Assembly (NCBI GenBank): GCA_028867025.1
Contig: JAGWHC010000001.1
Location: forward strand, 118,972 to 182,971
Length of the DNA stretch: 64,000 nt
DNA from: Candidatus Micrarchaeota archaeon
GTDB lineage: Archaea; Micrarchaeota; Micrarchaeia; Micrarchaeales; CABMGC01
Direction: 5' to 3'
Shown: one piece after another, positions 53,198 to 62,631 of the stretch
How positions within the stretch are numbered: position 1 is the first letter of the stretch
Layout of the letters: each line of letters opens with the position of its first letter
Position numbers and translations under genes: made by a program
Notes under the pieces: model-generated
Told to the model about the DNA's origin: nothing
Seen by the model: the letters and a program-made list of their open reading frames with translations, nothing else
Databases searched by the model: none

Positions 53198-53428
53198 TCA
53201 CCATTTTAGCCTGTACGGTGACGCCCAGAACGCCATGGCTAGCGTCAGTGCGGCTATCTCGACCGCGCTTGCGGCAACAACGATCCAAAACGGCAGCTTC
53301 TCAGCCAGATAAAACACTATCAAGTTTATGATGAGAAGGTCAAGGACTATGTATGTGAACATCCTCACCAGGAAACTCATCTGGAACGGCCAGTCTGGAT
53401 TACGCCATATCGTCTGTTTTTTTGCCAT
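53198..53428 (-). CDS. Small two-TM membrane protein inside the dehydrogenase operon
   Basis: 76-aa ORF with two hydrophobic helices, positioned between the E1-beta and E2 genes (4-nt and 18-nt gaps). Confidence 0.4.
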   Translation of the reverse strand: MAKKQTIWRNPDWPFQMSFLVRMFTYIVLDLLIINLIVFYLAEKLPFWIVVAASAVEIAALTLAMAFWASPYRLKW

Positions 53429-53432
53429 CTTA

Positions 53433-54398
53433 TCACGCGCTTAGTATTTTGTCTATCGCATCCGCAACCTTCTTCTCGGTTGGGACATAATACTTCTCGT
53501 ATCCAGGGTCAGGGTATGGGAAGCTCGGCGATGCCACTCGCATTATCGGCGCTTCCAGCTCATATATCGCCTTCTCCGCCACTCTCGCCGCTATCTCCGC
53601 CCCGACTCCGAAGCTCAGCGGCGCCTCGTGCACTATGAGCAGCCTCGTTGTCTTCTTCACGCTGCTTATTATCGTGCTTTCGTCAAGGGGGTTTATCGTG
53701 CGCAGGTCTATTATCTCAGCGTCTGTCTTCTTGTCCTCCACGACGCTCTTGACCAAGGGCACCATCGTGCCGTAGGTTACGATTGTCAGAGCATTGCCCT
53801 GCCTTACAACGTTTGCCTTGCCTATGGGAACCTCGTAGGCGTCCTCGGGCACCTCCTCCTTGAACAGCCTGTACAGCTTTGTCGCCTCGAGGAAGAGAAC
53901 CGGGTCCTTGAGCTTTGCCGCCGCGAGAAGCAGCCCCTTTGCGTCATACGGGCCTGAAGGCTCCAGCACTACCAGCCCGCCCACATGCGCATACAGCGCC
54001 TCGGGACTTTCCGAGTGGTGCTCCAGCGCCCTTACGCCGCCGCTCACCGGCGTTCTCACTATCATCGGAACAGTGAGCGAGGACCTTGTCCTCATCCTGT
54101 ATCTTGCGGCATGGCTTACCAACTGGTCGAAGCCGAGATACATGAAACCGGCGAACTGTATCTCGGGTATGGGATGCAGTCCTGCCATTGCCATGCCAAT
54201 AGAAGCACCGAGTATTCCGGACTCGGCAAGCGGGGTGTCCATCACCCTGTCCTCTCCGAACTTCGCCTGCAGGCCGTCTGTGACTCTGAACACGCCGCCG
54301 TCTTTGCCTATATCCTCCCCCAGCAGTATCGCCGCCGGGTCCTGCTTGAGTATAGTGTCGAGTGCGTTGTTTATCGCGCTTACCATGTTCATCTGCAT
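53433..54398 (-). CDS. 2-oxoacid dehydrogenase E1 component, beta subunit
   Basis: LGEDIGKDGGVFRVTDGL...DTPLAESGILG... with a transketolase-like C-terminal domain. Confidence 0.9.
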   Translation of the reverse strand: MQMNMVSAINNALDTILKQDPAAILLGEDIGKDGGVFRVTDGLQAKFGEDRVMDTPLAESGILGASIGMAMAGLHPIPEIQFAGFMYLGFDQLVSHAARYRMRTRSSLTVPMIVRTPVSGGVRALEHHSESPEALYAHVGGLVVLEPSGPYDAKGLLLAAAKLKDPVLFLEATKLYRLFKEEVPEDAYEVPIGKANVVRQGNALTIVTYGTMVPLVKSVVEDKKTDAEIIDLRTINPLDESTIISSVKKTTRLLIVHEAPLSFGVGAEIAARVAEKAIYELEAPIMRVASPSFPYPDPGYEKYYVPTEKKVADAIDKILSA

Positions 54399-54406
54399 GC
54401 AATCAT

Positions 54407-55474
54407 CTATTGCCAGGAGTTAGCCGCTGCTGCGGCGTCGCGCTCCTCCTTCAGAACCTCAGGCATGAAGCTGTAAACGTTGTCGTACATGCTCATCGGG
54501 TCGGGCTTGAACTGCTCCGCCTTGTCCACGGCATCGTCTATCTGCTTAAGCTGCTCGTCATTTGTCTGCTTCTCCATGTCTTCGTTCCAGAAGCTCTTCT
54601 TCACGAGATATGCCTTCACCCTTGCTATGGGATCCTTCTTCTGCCACTCCGCCACCTCCTCGTCCGTCCTGTACTTTGTGGGATCGTCCGCTGTCGTGTG
54701 CATGCTCATCCTGTAGGTCACGCACTCTATCACCGTAGGCCCGCTGCGCGCGTTAGCGATCGCTTCGCTTGTCGCCTTGTAGACAGCGATCAGGTCGTTG
54801 CCGTCGACCTGCACTCCCCTTATCCCTGCGGCTATCGCCTTTTGCGCAAGCGTCTGCGCCGCGGTCTGCTTGCTTCTCGGCACAGATATTGCCCACTGGT
54901 TGTTCTCTATTATGGTGACAAGCGGCGCCTTCCATACTCCGGAGAAGTTCAGTGCCTCGTAGAAGTCGCCCTCCGACGTGCCTCCGTCTCCGACGTACGC
55001 GATGACAGCGGCGTCCTTGTTCATGTGCTTGAGCGCGAAGGCTATTCCAACGGCATGCGGCATCTGGCTGCCCACCGGCACGCAGACCGCTGTGCCGTTG
55101 AACGTCGCGGGTATCTTGCCGCCATCCTCGTACCCTTTCCAGTATACGAAAAAGTTTTCAAGCGGGAAGTTGCGCACAAGGAAGACGCCGTGCTGCCTGA
55201 AGTTCGGGACGAAGACGTCCTGGTTCCTGAACGCGAACGCGCTGCCTATCTGCGTCGCCTCCTCGCCTATGAGCGGGGCGTACGTTGCCGCTCTGCCCTG
55301 CCTCTGCAGGCTGAGCATCTTCGCGTCGAGCGCGCGTGCGAAGAGCATGTACTTGTACATCTCCACTATCTTCTGGTCGGTGAGTCCTTCGGGAAAATTG
55401 GCAGCGTCGACGTTGCCGTTCTCATCGAGAACCTGCAGGTAGTCTACGGAGCCTTCGAAAACTCGCTTTATCAG
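54407..55474 (-). CDS. 2-oxoacid dehydrogenase E1 component, alpha subunit (ThDP-binding)
   Basis: GDGGTSEGDFYEALNFS is the ThDP motif. The conserved N-terminal segment YLQVLDENGNV...LTDQKIVEMYKYM lies in frame upstream of the track start (GTG 55366). Only CTG 55472-55474 is available after the TAA, and it is preceded by GGGGTG. Confidence 0.85.
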   Translation of the reverse strand: MIKRVFEGSVDYLQVLDENGNVDAANFPEGLTDQKIVEMYKYMLFARALDAKMLSLQRQGRAATYAPLIGEEATQIGSAFAFRNQDVFVPNFRQHGVFLVRNFPLENFFVYWKGYEDGGKIPATFNGTAVCVPVGSQMPHAVGIAFALKHMNKDAAVIAYVGDGGTSEGDFYEALNFSGVWKAPLVTIIENNQWAISVPRSKQTAAQTLAQKAIAAGIRGVQVDGNDLIAVYKATSEAIANARSGPTVIECVTYRMSMHTTADDPTKYRTDEEVAEWQKKDPIARVKAYLVKKSFWNEDMEKQTNDEQLKQIDDAVDKAEQFKPDPMSMYDNVYSFMPEVLKEERDAAAAANSWQ

Positions 55475-55518
55475 TGGAGCACCCCATTAGCCCTTGCAAT
55501 AAAAGGATTTATTGCTTT

Positions 55519-56322
55519 CTAACCGCCGCCGCTGGTGTAGTGCCGCATCAGCCTGTTGAAGCCCAGGTACGAGACGGTTGAGATTGCTACGGAGACGAGA
55601 AGTACTACCGCAAGCGTCAGCGCTCCGACCGAAGTGAGCACAAGTTCCGATGGATAGTAAGAGGCAACGCCTATGGGTATCACAAGGGTGAAGATCAGCT
55701 GGCCCACGATGCCGTATACGGGCAGCGGGTAGCTCGATGCCTGGCTCATGAAGCTGAGCATCCTGGAGACCGCGCTAGAACCCCTGACCACTACGTAGGC
55801 CGCGACTATGAGCATGAGAAGCATCAGCGTGAGCGTTACCGTGCCTATGGCCAGCAGGAGCAAGTAGCCTATGAACGGCGCGGGGCCGAGCCCGAGCCTG
55901 AAGGCCGAGTATATGAGCACGACGAAAGCGCCGAACGCAGACACTATCGAGGAGAGCGAGCCCTCGGCTGACAGGTATATGGTTGCTCTTCCGTAGGGCC
56001 TGATCAGCCTTGTGTCCATGCCCCCGCGGCGCATCAGCTGGTTTATCCAGTCGGGGCTCAGCACATAGTTGATGGTGCCGAACACGAGCGAAGCTGTCGA
56101 AACAAGGAAGAGCATCTGGAAGTAGCTCCAGCCGCTTATGCCCGAAGAGACGTTGTATATCACTGTTATGGCGACGTAGCTAAAGAGGAAGTTGATGAGG
56201 CTGTAGAGCGCCCACACGACCGCCTGAGCCCGGTATACAAGGAAGTCCTTCCAGTAGTAGCGCTGAGCGAGAAAAAAGAACCTGATGCTTTGTGCTAGCC
56301 TGTTGCTCGTCAACTCAACCAC
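55519..56322 (-). CDS. ABC-2-type transporter permease (COG3694/COG4587-like)
   Basis: 6 TM helices. Paired with a paralogous permease and a COG4586-like ATPase, with overlapping starts and stops. Confidence 0.65.
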   Translation of the reverse strand: MVELTSNRLAQSIRFFFLAQRYYWKDFLVYRAQAVVWALYSLINFLFSYVAITVIYNVSSGISGWSYFQMLFLVSTASLVFGTINYVLSPDWINQLMRRGGMDTRLIRPYGRATIYLSAEGSLSSIVSAFGAFVVLIYSAFRLGLGPAPFIGYLLLLAIGTVTLTLMLLMLIVAAYVVVRGSSAVSRMLSFMSQASSYPLPVYGIVGQLIFTLVIPIGVASYYPSELVLTSVGALTLAVVLLVSVAISTVSYLGFNRLMRHYTSGGG

Positions 56323-57124
56323 CCACCGATGTTATGTTCTGGCTCACCTTCTTCCACCAAAGCGCGGCAAGCACCACAAGCACCACGGCCCACACGACTC
56401 CTGCGAACAGGTAGCCTATCGCAGCTGACGGGCTTATTATCCCGAGCAGCGTCGCTGCCGGGGTGTACACGCTTAGCTGACTTGGAAGGAGCAGAAGTAT
56501 CTGTGATGCCCAGCCTGGGAAAAGTATGAGCGGTATCACCCCTCCCCCGAGCAGCAGGTAAAGGCTGTCGGCCACGCTGATTATGCCCCATATGTTGACC
56601 AGGTACACTGCGAGGCTGCCTATGATGAAGTAGAGCGCGCTTGTTATGAGGTAGGCGGTTATTATCTCGAGTATGAAGAGCGAGAGCGTGACCGGTGTGA
56701 TGCTGACGTGCGCTACCAGGATTATTATGATCATGAACGGTATCAGCACAGTGAGCAGGCCGACGAAGTTATTCGCAAGCGCATTGAAGAAGATCAGCGT
56801 CGGGTATTTCACGGGCCTGACCACAGACGTGGTTATGTTGCCGCTCTGTATGTCGTCCTGCATGTTGCTTGCTACTGTGTCGTTTATGGTGAATATCGAG
56901 ATCGCGTTGGCTATGAAGAAGTAGGCGTACAGCACATCTGGAGTCAGCCCGCCTATCGAGCTCGCTCCTGTTGTCCTGAAGACGGTTATCCAGACGAATA
57001 TGGCCACGAGGGCGGTGAGTATCCTGAAGACCAGCGAGAAGAAGTAGTCGAGCCTGTAGACCAGCTCCTGCTTGAAGCCCGCGACCATTATCGCCGAGTA
57101 TTTGTGCAAATCTATCATGGGCAC
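56315..57124 (-). CDS. ABC-2-type transporter permease (paralog)
   Basis: 6 TM helices. Overlaps the downstream permease by 8 nt and the ATPase gene by 1 nt. Confidence 0.65.
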   Translation of the reverse strand: MPMIDLHKYSAIMVAGFKQELVYRLDYFFSLVFRILTALVAIFVWITVFRTTGASSIGGLTPDVLYAYFFIANAISIFTINDTVASNMQDDIQSGNITTSVVRPVKYPTLIFFNALANNFVGLLTVLIPFMIIIILVAHVSITPVTLSLFILEIITAYLITSALYFIIGSLAVYLVNIWGIISVADSLYLLLGGGVIPLILFPGWASQILLLLPSQLSVYTPAATLLGIISPSAAIGYLFAGVVWAVVLVVLAALWWKKVSQNITSVGG

Positions 57125-58107
57125 TACCTCTTCCTGTCCATCTTCGCGTAGAACTTTGTCAGTACGAAATTGAGCCCGGGCTCGGCCACCCTGTAGTCGA
57201 GCACGCTCTTGTCGTTGAGCATGCGCAGGAACCTCTGGTTCTTGAGCGTGCTCTTGTTCACCTCTATCTTCACCACGTCCCCGCTCTTCTCTATCAGTTT
57301 GCCGTACCTCCTGAAGTCCACGGCGCTACCCTCTTCCAGGCGCAGCTCCACATGCTTCTTGTCCCCGAACATCGACTCCAGCTGCTTCCTGCTGCCGTCG
57401 AACACGATGCTGCCGTTGTTAAGGAGAATGACGCGTTCCGCCATCGTTATGTCCTCGACTATGTGGGTGGTGAGTATGAAAGTAGTGCCTTCCCGCGCCC
57501 TGAGGTCCAGCACCGCGTTGCGCAGTGCTATCTTTGAGGGAAGATCGACGCCTATCGTCGGCTCGTCAAGGAACACTATCTTTGGCTTGTGGAGTATCGA
57601 CGCGACGAAGTTGCACTTCATCTGCTCTCCCAGAGACAGCGACCTCACCTGCCTGTTGAACACTTCGCCAAGGCTGAGCACCTTCAGGTAGTATTTGAGG
57701 CGCTGGCTGTATTCGCGCTCGTTTATGCTGTACACTCCCTTCATGAATTCGAACGAATCCCTGGCTGAGATGTTCCAGAAGAGCTGGCTGTGCGCGCCGA
57801 GCACGACGCCGAGCCTGGCTGCGAGCTTTATCCTGTCCTTCCACGGCTCGAATCCGAGAACCCGCACGCTGCCGCTGTCCGGGTGCAGTATGCCGGACAG
57901 TATCTTCACGAGCGTGGACTTGCCGCTGCCGTTCCTGCCGAGCAGCGCAACTATCTCGCCCTCCTTCACCCTGAAGCTGACGTTAGATAGCGCCTGCTTC
58001 CAGCTCCTCTTTCTCCAGAGCCTGTGGAAAAAGCTGCCGCTACGCCTGAGCTCGAAGGTCTTGAAACCCTTGCTCACGTCCTTCACTTCTATTGCGTAAT
58101 TTTCCAT
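57124..58107 (-). CDS. ABC transporter ATP-binding protein
   Basis: Walker A LLGRNGSGKSTL, signature LSLGEQ, Walker B IVFLDEPT. ATG at 58105-58107 (MENYAIEVKDV). Confidence 0.9.
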   Translation of the reverse strand: MENYAIEVKDVSKGFKTFELRRSGSFFHRLWRKRSWKQALSNVSFRVKEGEIVALLGRNGSGKSTLVKILSGILHPDSGSVRVLGFEPWKDRIKLAARLGVVLGAHSQLFWNISARDSFEFMKGVYSINEREYSQRLKYYLKVLSLGEVFNRQVRSLSLGEQMKCNFVASILHKPKIVFLDEPTIGVDLPSKIALRNAVLDLRAREGTTFILTTHIVEDITMAERVILLNNGSIVFDGSRKQLESMFGDKKHVELRLEEGSAVDFRRYGKLIEKSGDVVKIEVNKSTLKNQRFLRMLNDKSVLDYRVAEPGLNFVLTKFYAKMDRKR

Positions 58108-58339
58108 AAGCGGTAACCTGCGGCGTTCCTTGTGCGAGAACGACTGAAATCGGAAAGTACAGAAGGCTTGGTTCATCGGCTTGACTAACCGTTCAGCCAG
58201 AAATAGTAGTGGCTAGTCGCATCAGAACACCTTGCAACAACCTTGCTTTCATCTTTTATATATCTTTTCATGGTTTGCGCCATAGACTGGAGTTGAGTTT
58301 AATAATAAGATAGAAGCAATAACCCAAAGGGAAGGTCAA

Positions 58340-59302
58340 GTGGGAGGGGTCAGGCTTACAAAAAAGGGCGCGAGTCTATACCCGCTCCAGTTCGAAGGGG
58401 GCGCGGGGGCAGAGCGGCGCAGGATGCTTTTTGTCTCTTCGCTTCCGCTCGCACGCTCCATCAGAGAGGGCGTAGACAAGGTGAATGCACGCATCGCTTC
58501 ATTCAAGCGCTCTGACTTTTCTGGAAAAGAACTCTTCGACTCAGCAACGTACACGCTGAAGAGGCAGGGCAAGATGGTCAGACCGGCGCTTGTGCTTTTG
58601 GGCGCGAAGCTCATTGGGGAAGACACCAACGAGTTCGTAGATATGGCTACGGCCGCAGAGCTGCTGCACACCGCGTCGCTGGTCCACGATGACATAATTG
58701 ACAGGGACATGATGAGAAGGGGCACGGCGGCCGCGCACGTCAAGTACGGCCAGGAAACAGCGCTCCTGGCCGGCGACGCGCTCATAGCCAAGGCGGTCTC
58801 GATGGCTGCGAGATACGGGCCGAAGGTGGTAAAGACGGTGGCGGATGCGTCGATAGACATGTGCGCCGGGGAACTCCTTGACTACTCGTTCCAAAAGGAT
58901 GCCGGGCTTCCTGGGGTGAGGGAGTACCTGAGGATGGCGAGATTGAAGAATGGGGTGTTCATGGGCACATGCGCTAGCATAGCCGCGACGTACAGACGCT
59001 CGAAAAAGTCATTGGCGCTTTACGGCTTCGGCCTGAGCCTGGGCGTGGCGTTCCAGATAAGGGACGACATAATAGAGATCGTTGACGCGGGAGAGCGCAG
59101 GGCAAACGGCGGGAGACCTGGAGAAAGACCGTCTCCTAATCTTGTCAATGTGTTTGCGCGCCAGTTCGGAATCGACGAGGAAGAGGCCGTGGAAAATGCC
59201 ATCGGTCTAAACAACTATTTTGCTGATCATGCGTTGCGCTTCGTTGAGGGAGAAAGGGAGATCGCACCCTACGTCGACTTTGTCAGGGTAAGAAGCAAGT
59301 AG
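58340..59302 (+). CDS. Polyprenyl diphosphate synthase (GGPP/long-chain, trans-IPPS)
   Basis: First DDxxD in LVHDDIIDRDMMRRG and second in FQIRDDIIE. Confidence 0.85.
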   Translation: MGGVRLTKKGASLYPLQFEGGAGAERRRMLFVSSLPLARSIREGVDKVNARIASFKRSDFSGKELFDSATYTLKRQGKMVRPALVLLGAKLIGEDTNEFVDMATAAELLHTASLVHDDIIDRDMMRRGTAAAHVKYGQETALLAGDALIAKAVSMAARYGPKVVKTVADASIDMCAGELLDYSFQKDAGLPGVREYLRMARLKNGVFMGTCASIAATYRRSKKSLALYGFGLSLGVAFQIRDDIIEIVDAGERRANGGRPGERPSPNLVNVFARQFGIDEEEAVENAIGLNNYFADHALRFVEGEREIAPYVDFVRVRSK

Positions 59303-59989
59303 CTACTTCTCTGCAACAAGAATGTAGGCCACGCCAGAAGGCAGCGATTTCAGCCTTATTCTTCTGAATCCGACCTTGCGCGCTTGGTCGACGAGGGCCT
59401 GCTTGTCGAACTCGTTTATGCTATCGACAAGCCAGGAATATGCCCTGTCCGCGAACAGGCTTACGAATCTTATGAAATACGAGTATATCTGGAACTTCAG
59501 AAGCTCGGTGCCATTTTCCGGCTTTGCCATTTCGAGTATAACCAGCCTGCCGCCTTTCTTGAGTATCCTGTGCGATTCCCTGAGAAACCTTTCGACGCTG
59601 TCGAAATTCCTTAGCGAGAATCCGGTGGTTATGACATCAAAGGAGTTGTTCTTGAATCCCGTTCTGAGCGAGTCGCCGATCTTGAACTTTATCGAGTTTC
59701 TTCCGCTTTCTTTCGCTTTCGCGACAGCGACGTCGAGCATCTCCTGCACGAAGTCTGTGCCGGTTATCCTTGCCCTCTTCTTCATTCTGCGGGCGGCATC
59801 GTATACCGCAAAGGCCAGGTCGCCTGTGCCAGTGGCCGAGTCGAGGACCGTAAAGTTCTTTTTGTCCAGCATCGCCTCCTTCGCCGCTTCTTCGCGCCAC
59901 TTTATGTCGAGATTCATGCTGAGGAAGTGGTTCATGGAGTCGTACTTGCTCGCGATCCTGACGAAACGCTCCTTCGCGTCCCTGCTCAC
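59303..59989 (-). CDS. ubiE: Demethylmenaquinone/ubiquinone methyltransferase UbiE/MenG
   Basis: FVRIASKYDSMNHFLSMNLDIKWR...VLDSATGTGDLA. Confidence 0.85.
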   Translation of the reverse strand: MSRDAKERFVRIASKYDSMNHFLSMNLDIKWREEAAKEAMLDKKNFTVLDSATGTGDLAFAVYDAARRMKKRARITGTDFVQEMLDVAVAKAKESGRNSIKFKIGDSLRTGFKNNSFDVITTGFSLRNFDSVERFLRESHRILKKGGRLVILEMAKPENGTELLKFQIYSYFIRFVSLFADRAYSWLVDSINEFDKQALVDQARKVGFRRIRLKSLPSGVAYILVAEK

Positions 59990-60609
59990 AGGACCACCGG
60001 AAAGAAGACCACTATCGCCTCAATCCACAGTATGTGCGTCACCGTCGACGCGAGTATGCCAGCCTTGTGGGCTACAATGCCGGTGCAGAGGCCCACGAAA
60101 AGGGCGGAGACAACCAGTATGGGGTTGAGGGTCGCTATGTGCACAAACGTGTAGTATGCGGTTGATGCTACCCATGGAACTTTCGCGAATCTCTTTGATT
60201 TTGCCGCCGCGTAACCCTGAACTCCGCCCCTCCAGTAGATCTCCTCGAACAAGCCTATGAGCGCAAGCAGAAATATTGTCGAGAGCCCCTTGCCCTGGCT
60301 TCCGTATATCGATGCGTAAACGCTGGACACATAAGAGCCGAGACCCAAAGCTGATGCCGCGGCCCCGCCGAAGACGAATATCGCGTAAAGCACTATGGCT
60401 GCGGCAGCTCCGAAAATCAAGACGATGATCTTGCTGCTGCCCCGGCTCCAGACTATCTTGTCCATGTAGAGCAGCAGCGACAAGCAGGCCAGGACCGCTG
60501 TCGAGGCTGCGAGCGCGTAGATGAAAACGCTTTGGAGAACTATGAAAGAGAGCGGCCAGAGTACCAGCGGAAGCGCAAGGTAGACGAGATCTGTTTTGCC
60601 TATTTTCAT
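59986..60609 (-). CDS. CPBP-family intramembrane glutamic endopeptidase (CAAX protease-like)
   Basis: Has the FEEIYWRG motif and a downstream H...H helix (FVHIA..., VTHILW). Confidence 0.75.
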   Translation of the reverse strand: MKIGKTDLVYLALPLVLWPLSFIVLQSVFIYALAASTAVLACLSLLLYMDKIVWSRGSSKIIVLIFGAAAAIVLYAIFVFGGAAASALGLGSYVSSVYASIYGSQGKGLSTIFLLALIGLFEEIYWRGGVQGYAAAKSKRFAKVPWVASTAYYTFVHIATLNPILVVSALFVGLCTGIVAHKAGILASTVTHILWIEAIVVFFPVVL

Positions 60610-60616
60610 GCGACCA

Positions 60617-61525
60617 TTAGAGGCTGTAAGCTATGACGAGCAGCGCCTGGTACACGAATATCGCTGTTATGTTCGCGGCCATGTACTTTTCGTAGCTCTG
60701 CGGGTTCCTGTACTTCATTATGCCGACCCCGACGTAGGCCGCTACAGGTAGCGTGACGAAGACCAGGAGGAAGAACGGGTTAAGGATCGATCTGATTACT
60801 CCGTAAAGCACGAGCGCGTAAGTGAACGCCTCAAGGCCGATGTAATACGCTGATGTCTTCCTGTTGCTGTTGAACACTATAACAGCATGCCTCCTTCCGA
60901 ACTTCTTGTCTATCTCCGCGTCAGGCACCTCGTTCGCCAGAAGCGCTATCCCGCCGAGCACCCCCGCGGGGATTATGGTGGGAAGCGCAGCGTATATGCC
61001 TGTGAATGAACCGTGAGCGACCGCGTAGCTGCCCATTCCCACAAGCACGAAGGCGAACATGACGAAAGGCTCCGGCAGCAGCGGGAACCTGGTTATGTAC
61101 TTTGTATAAGCGAAAATCGCAACGGCGCCTATCGCAATCAGCGCGAGTATCCAGAGGCTAACCGCGAATGCAAGGTAGAGGCCTATGATCCCTGCTATCG
61201 CTGCGGCCGCGATCCCGATAAAGAGCACGTCCTTGTGTTTTACCGCCCCGCTTGCCACCAGCCTGCTGCCTCCGCTGAACTTGGTCTTTGCGCTCTCCCT
61301 GTCAAGACCCGAGGCGTAATCGTGGTAGTCGTTGGTCAGGTTTACTGACATCTGCGCGAGCACGGAGCCGACCACAACAAGGAACGAGTTGGCGTAGCTG
61401 ATTCCGCCGTAGCTTGCGGCCGCCGCTATCCCCACCAATGAAATGAGAAAAGCAAGCAGGAGCGTCGGTTCTAGGACCTCTGAAACGTAATCGTTGAACT
61501 TCGACCTCATGATGTTAACTATCAA
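60617..61525 (-). CDS. menA: UbiA-family prenyltransferase, MenA-like (1,4-dihydroxy-2-naphthoate polyprenyltransferase)
   Basis: NLTNDYHDYASGLD (NDxxD) and a second Asp-rich region EVPDAEIDKKFGR. About 9 TM helices. Confidence 0.75.
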   Translation of the reverse strand: MIVNIMRSKFNDYVSEVLEPTLLLAFLISLVGIAAAASYGGISYANSFLVVVGSVLAQMSVNLTNDYHDYASGLDRESAKTKFSGGSRLVASGAVKHKDVLFIGIAAAAIAGIIGLYLAFAVSLWILALIAIGAVAIFAYTKYITRFPLLPEPFVMFAFVLVGMGSYAVAHGSFTGIYAALPTIIPAGVLGGIALLANEVPDAEIDKKFGRRHAVIVFNSNRKTSAYYIGLEAFTYALVLYGVIRSILNPFFLLVFVTLPVAAYVGVGIMKYRNPQSYEKYMAANITAIFVYQALLVIAYSL

Positions 61526-61569
61526 CTCATGTTTATAAAACTCTTTGACTCAAGCTGCACATTTCGGCT

Positions 61570-62631
61570 TCATCCGAATGTGAAGGTGTAGACCTTGAAG
61601 CCCGGGCTTGCGTCTATCTCCAACCTGTGCCAGGCATAGCCTGGTCCGGAAACTATGTTGTAGAGCCTTGCTGCGCCGACGCGCGCCTGCGCGGTTCCGT
61701 TGACAAGTTGATCATCATTGCCCAGATAATCGCCAGGCAGGCCGCTGCCGTCGAGTTTTACAGTCAATGTGGAATTGCCGCTCGCCACGACGTTCACGTT
61801 CTTCGCCCTGTATACCAGGAAGAGCTTGGAGCCGTTCACGGAGATCATGCCGTCAGGAGCATTGTACCAGCTGCCTGAGAAATAGACTGTGCTATTCTGA
61901 GTGATGCTGGGCGTGGAGTAGTCCACTGTTTTGTTGGGGCTGAATCCCTGCGAATTGCCTATTGGCTGCCGTGCTGTGTCCCAGCCGAGATATATCTCCG
62001 GCGTACCTATTCCTGAGAAGTTGATGCCGAGAGGAACGCTTGTAAGGTTTGCCCGTACCGTGTACCCGGCATTTTCAAGCAGCGCACGTATCGCTTCCTC
62101 AGTCTGGTTGTAGCCGCCCTCGCCGAACGCCGCGTACCTGACGTCGCCGTTCTTGTCTATCAGGTAGTCTGCGGGCCAGTAGTGGTTGTTGTACGCTGTC
62201 CACGTGTCATAGTTGTTGTCAAGCGCCACCGGATACTTTATCCCGAACTGGTTCACGGCGTTTAGCACGTTGGTGTAGTTGTGCTCGAATCCGAACTCCG
62301 GAGTCGATACCCCGATTATGACAAGACCGTTGTTTCCGTATGCGTTGTACCACGCGTTGAGGTGCGGAATAGAGCGTATGCAGTTTATGCACGAGTAGGT
62401 CCAGAAATCGATGAGCACCACCTTGCCGTGCAGCTGCGATATGTTCAGCGGCGGAGAGTTTATCCATGCGGCTATGCCCTGCACGTTAGGCGCTGGGCCG
62501 TAGTTGCTCAGATTAGAGAGGGACACGTTCTGCGAAGGGGCTTGGTTGAACACGAAAGTCGACGCCGCGGCCAAGAGTATTATCAGGGCCACTATTCCGA
62601 AGGCAACAACGTATATGTTCCTCTTCCTCAT
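61570..62631 (-). CDS. Membrane-anchored thioredoxin-like (TlpA/DipZ C-terminal-like) protein
   Basis: VVLIDFWTYSCINCIRSIPHL (CxxC), GVSTPEFGFE, HYWPADYLIDKNGDV. The ATG at 62629-62631 overlaps the ccdA stop (ATGA). Confidence 0.75.
   Translation of the reverse strand: MRKRNIYVVAFGIVALIILLAAASTFVFNQAPSQNVSLSNLSNYGPAPNVQGIAAWINSPPLNISQLHGKVVLIDFWTYSCINCIRSIPHLNAWYNAYGNNGLVIIGVSTPEFGFEHNYTNVLNAVNQFGIKYPVALDNNYDTWTAYNNHYWPADYLIDKNGDVRYAAFGEGGYNQTEEAIRALLENAGYTVRANLTSVPLGINFSGIGTPEIYLGWDTARQPIGNSQGFSPNKTVDYSTPSITQNSTVYFSGSWYNAPDGMISVNGSKLFLVYRAKNVNVVASGNSTLTVKLDGSGLPGDYLGNDDQLVNGTAQARVGAARLYNIVSGPGYAWHRLEIDASPGFKVYTFTFG

Noticed and set aside
54362-55522. 386-aa plus-strand ORF antisense to the E1-alpha gene
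   Set aside because: The E1-alpha ThDP motif and N-terminal homology are on the minus strand. The antisense frame shows the usual Arg/Leu/His bias.
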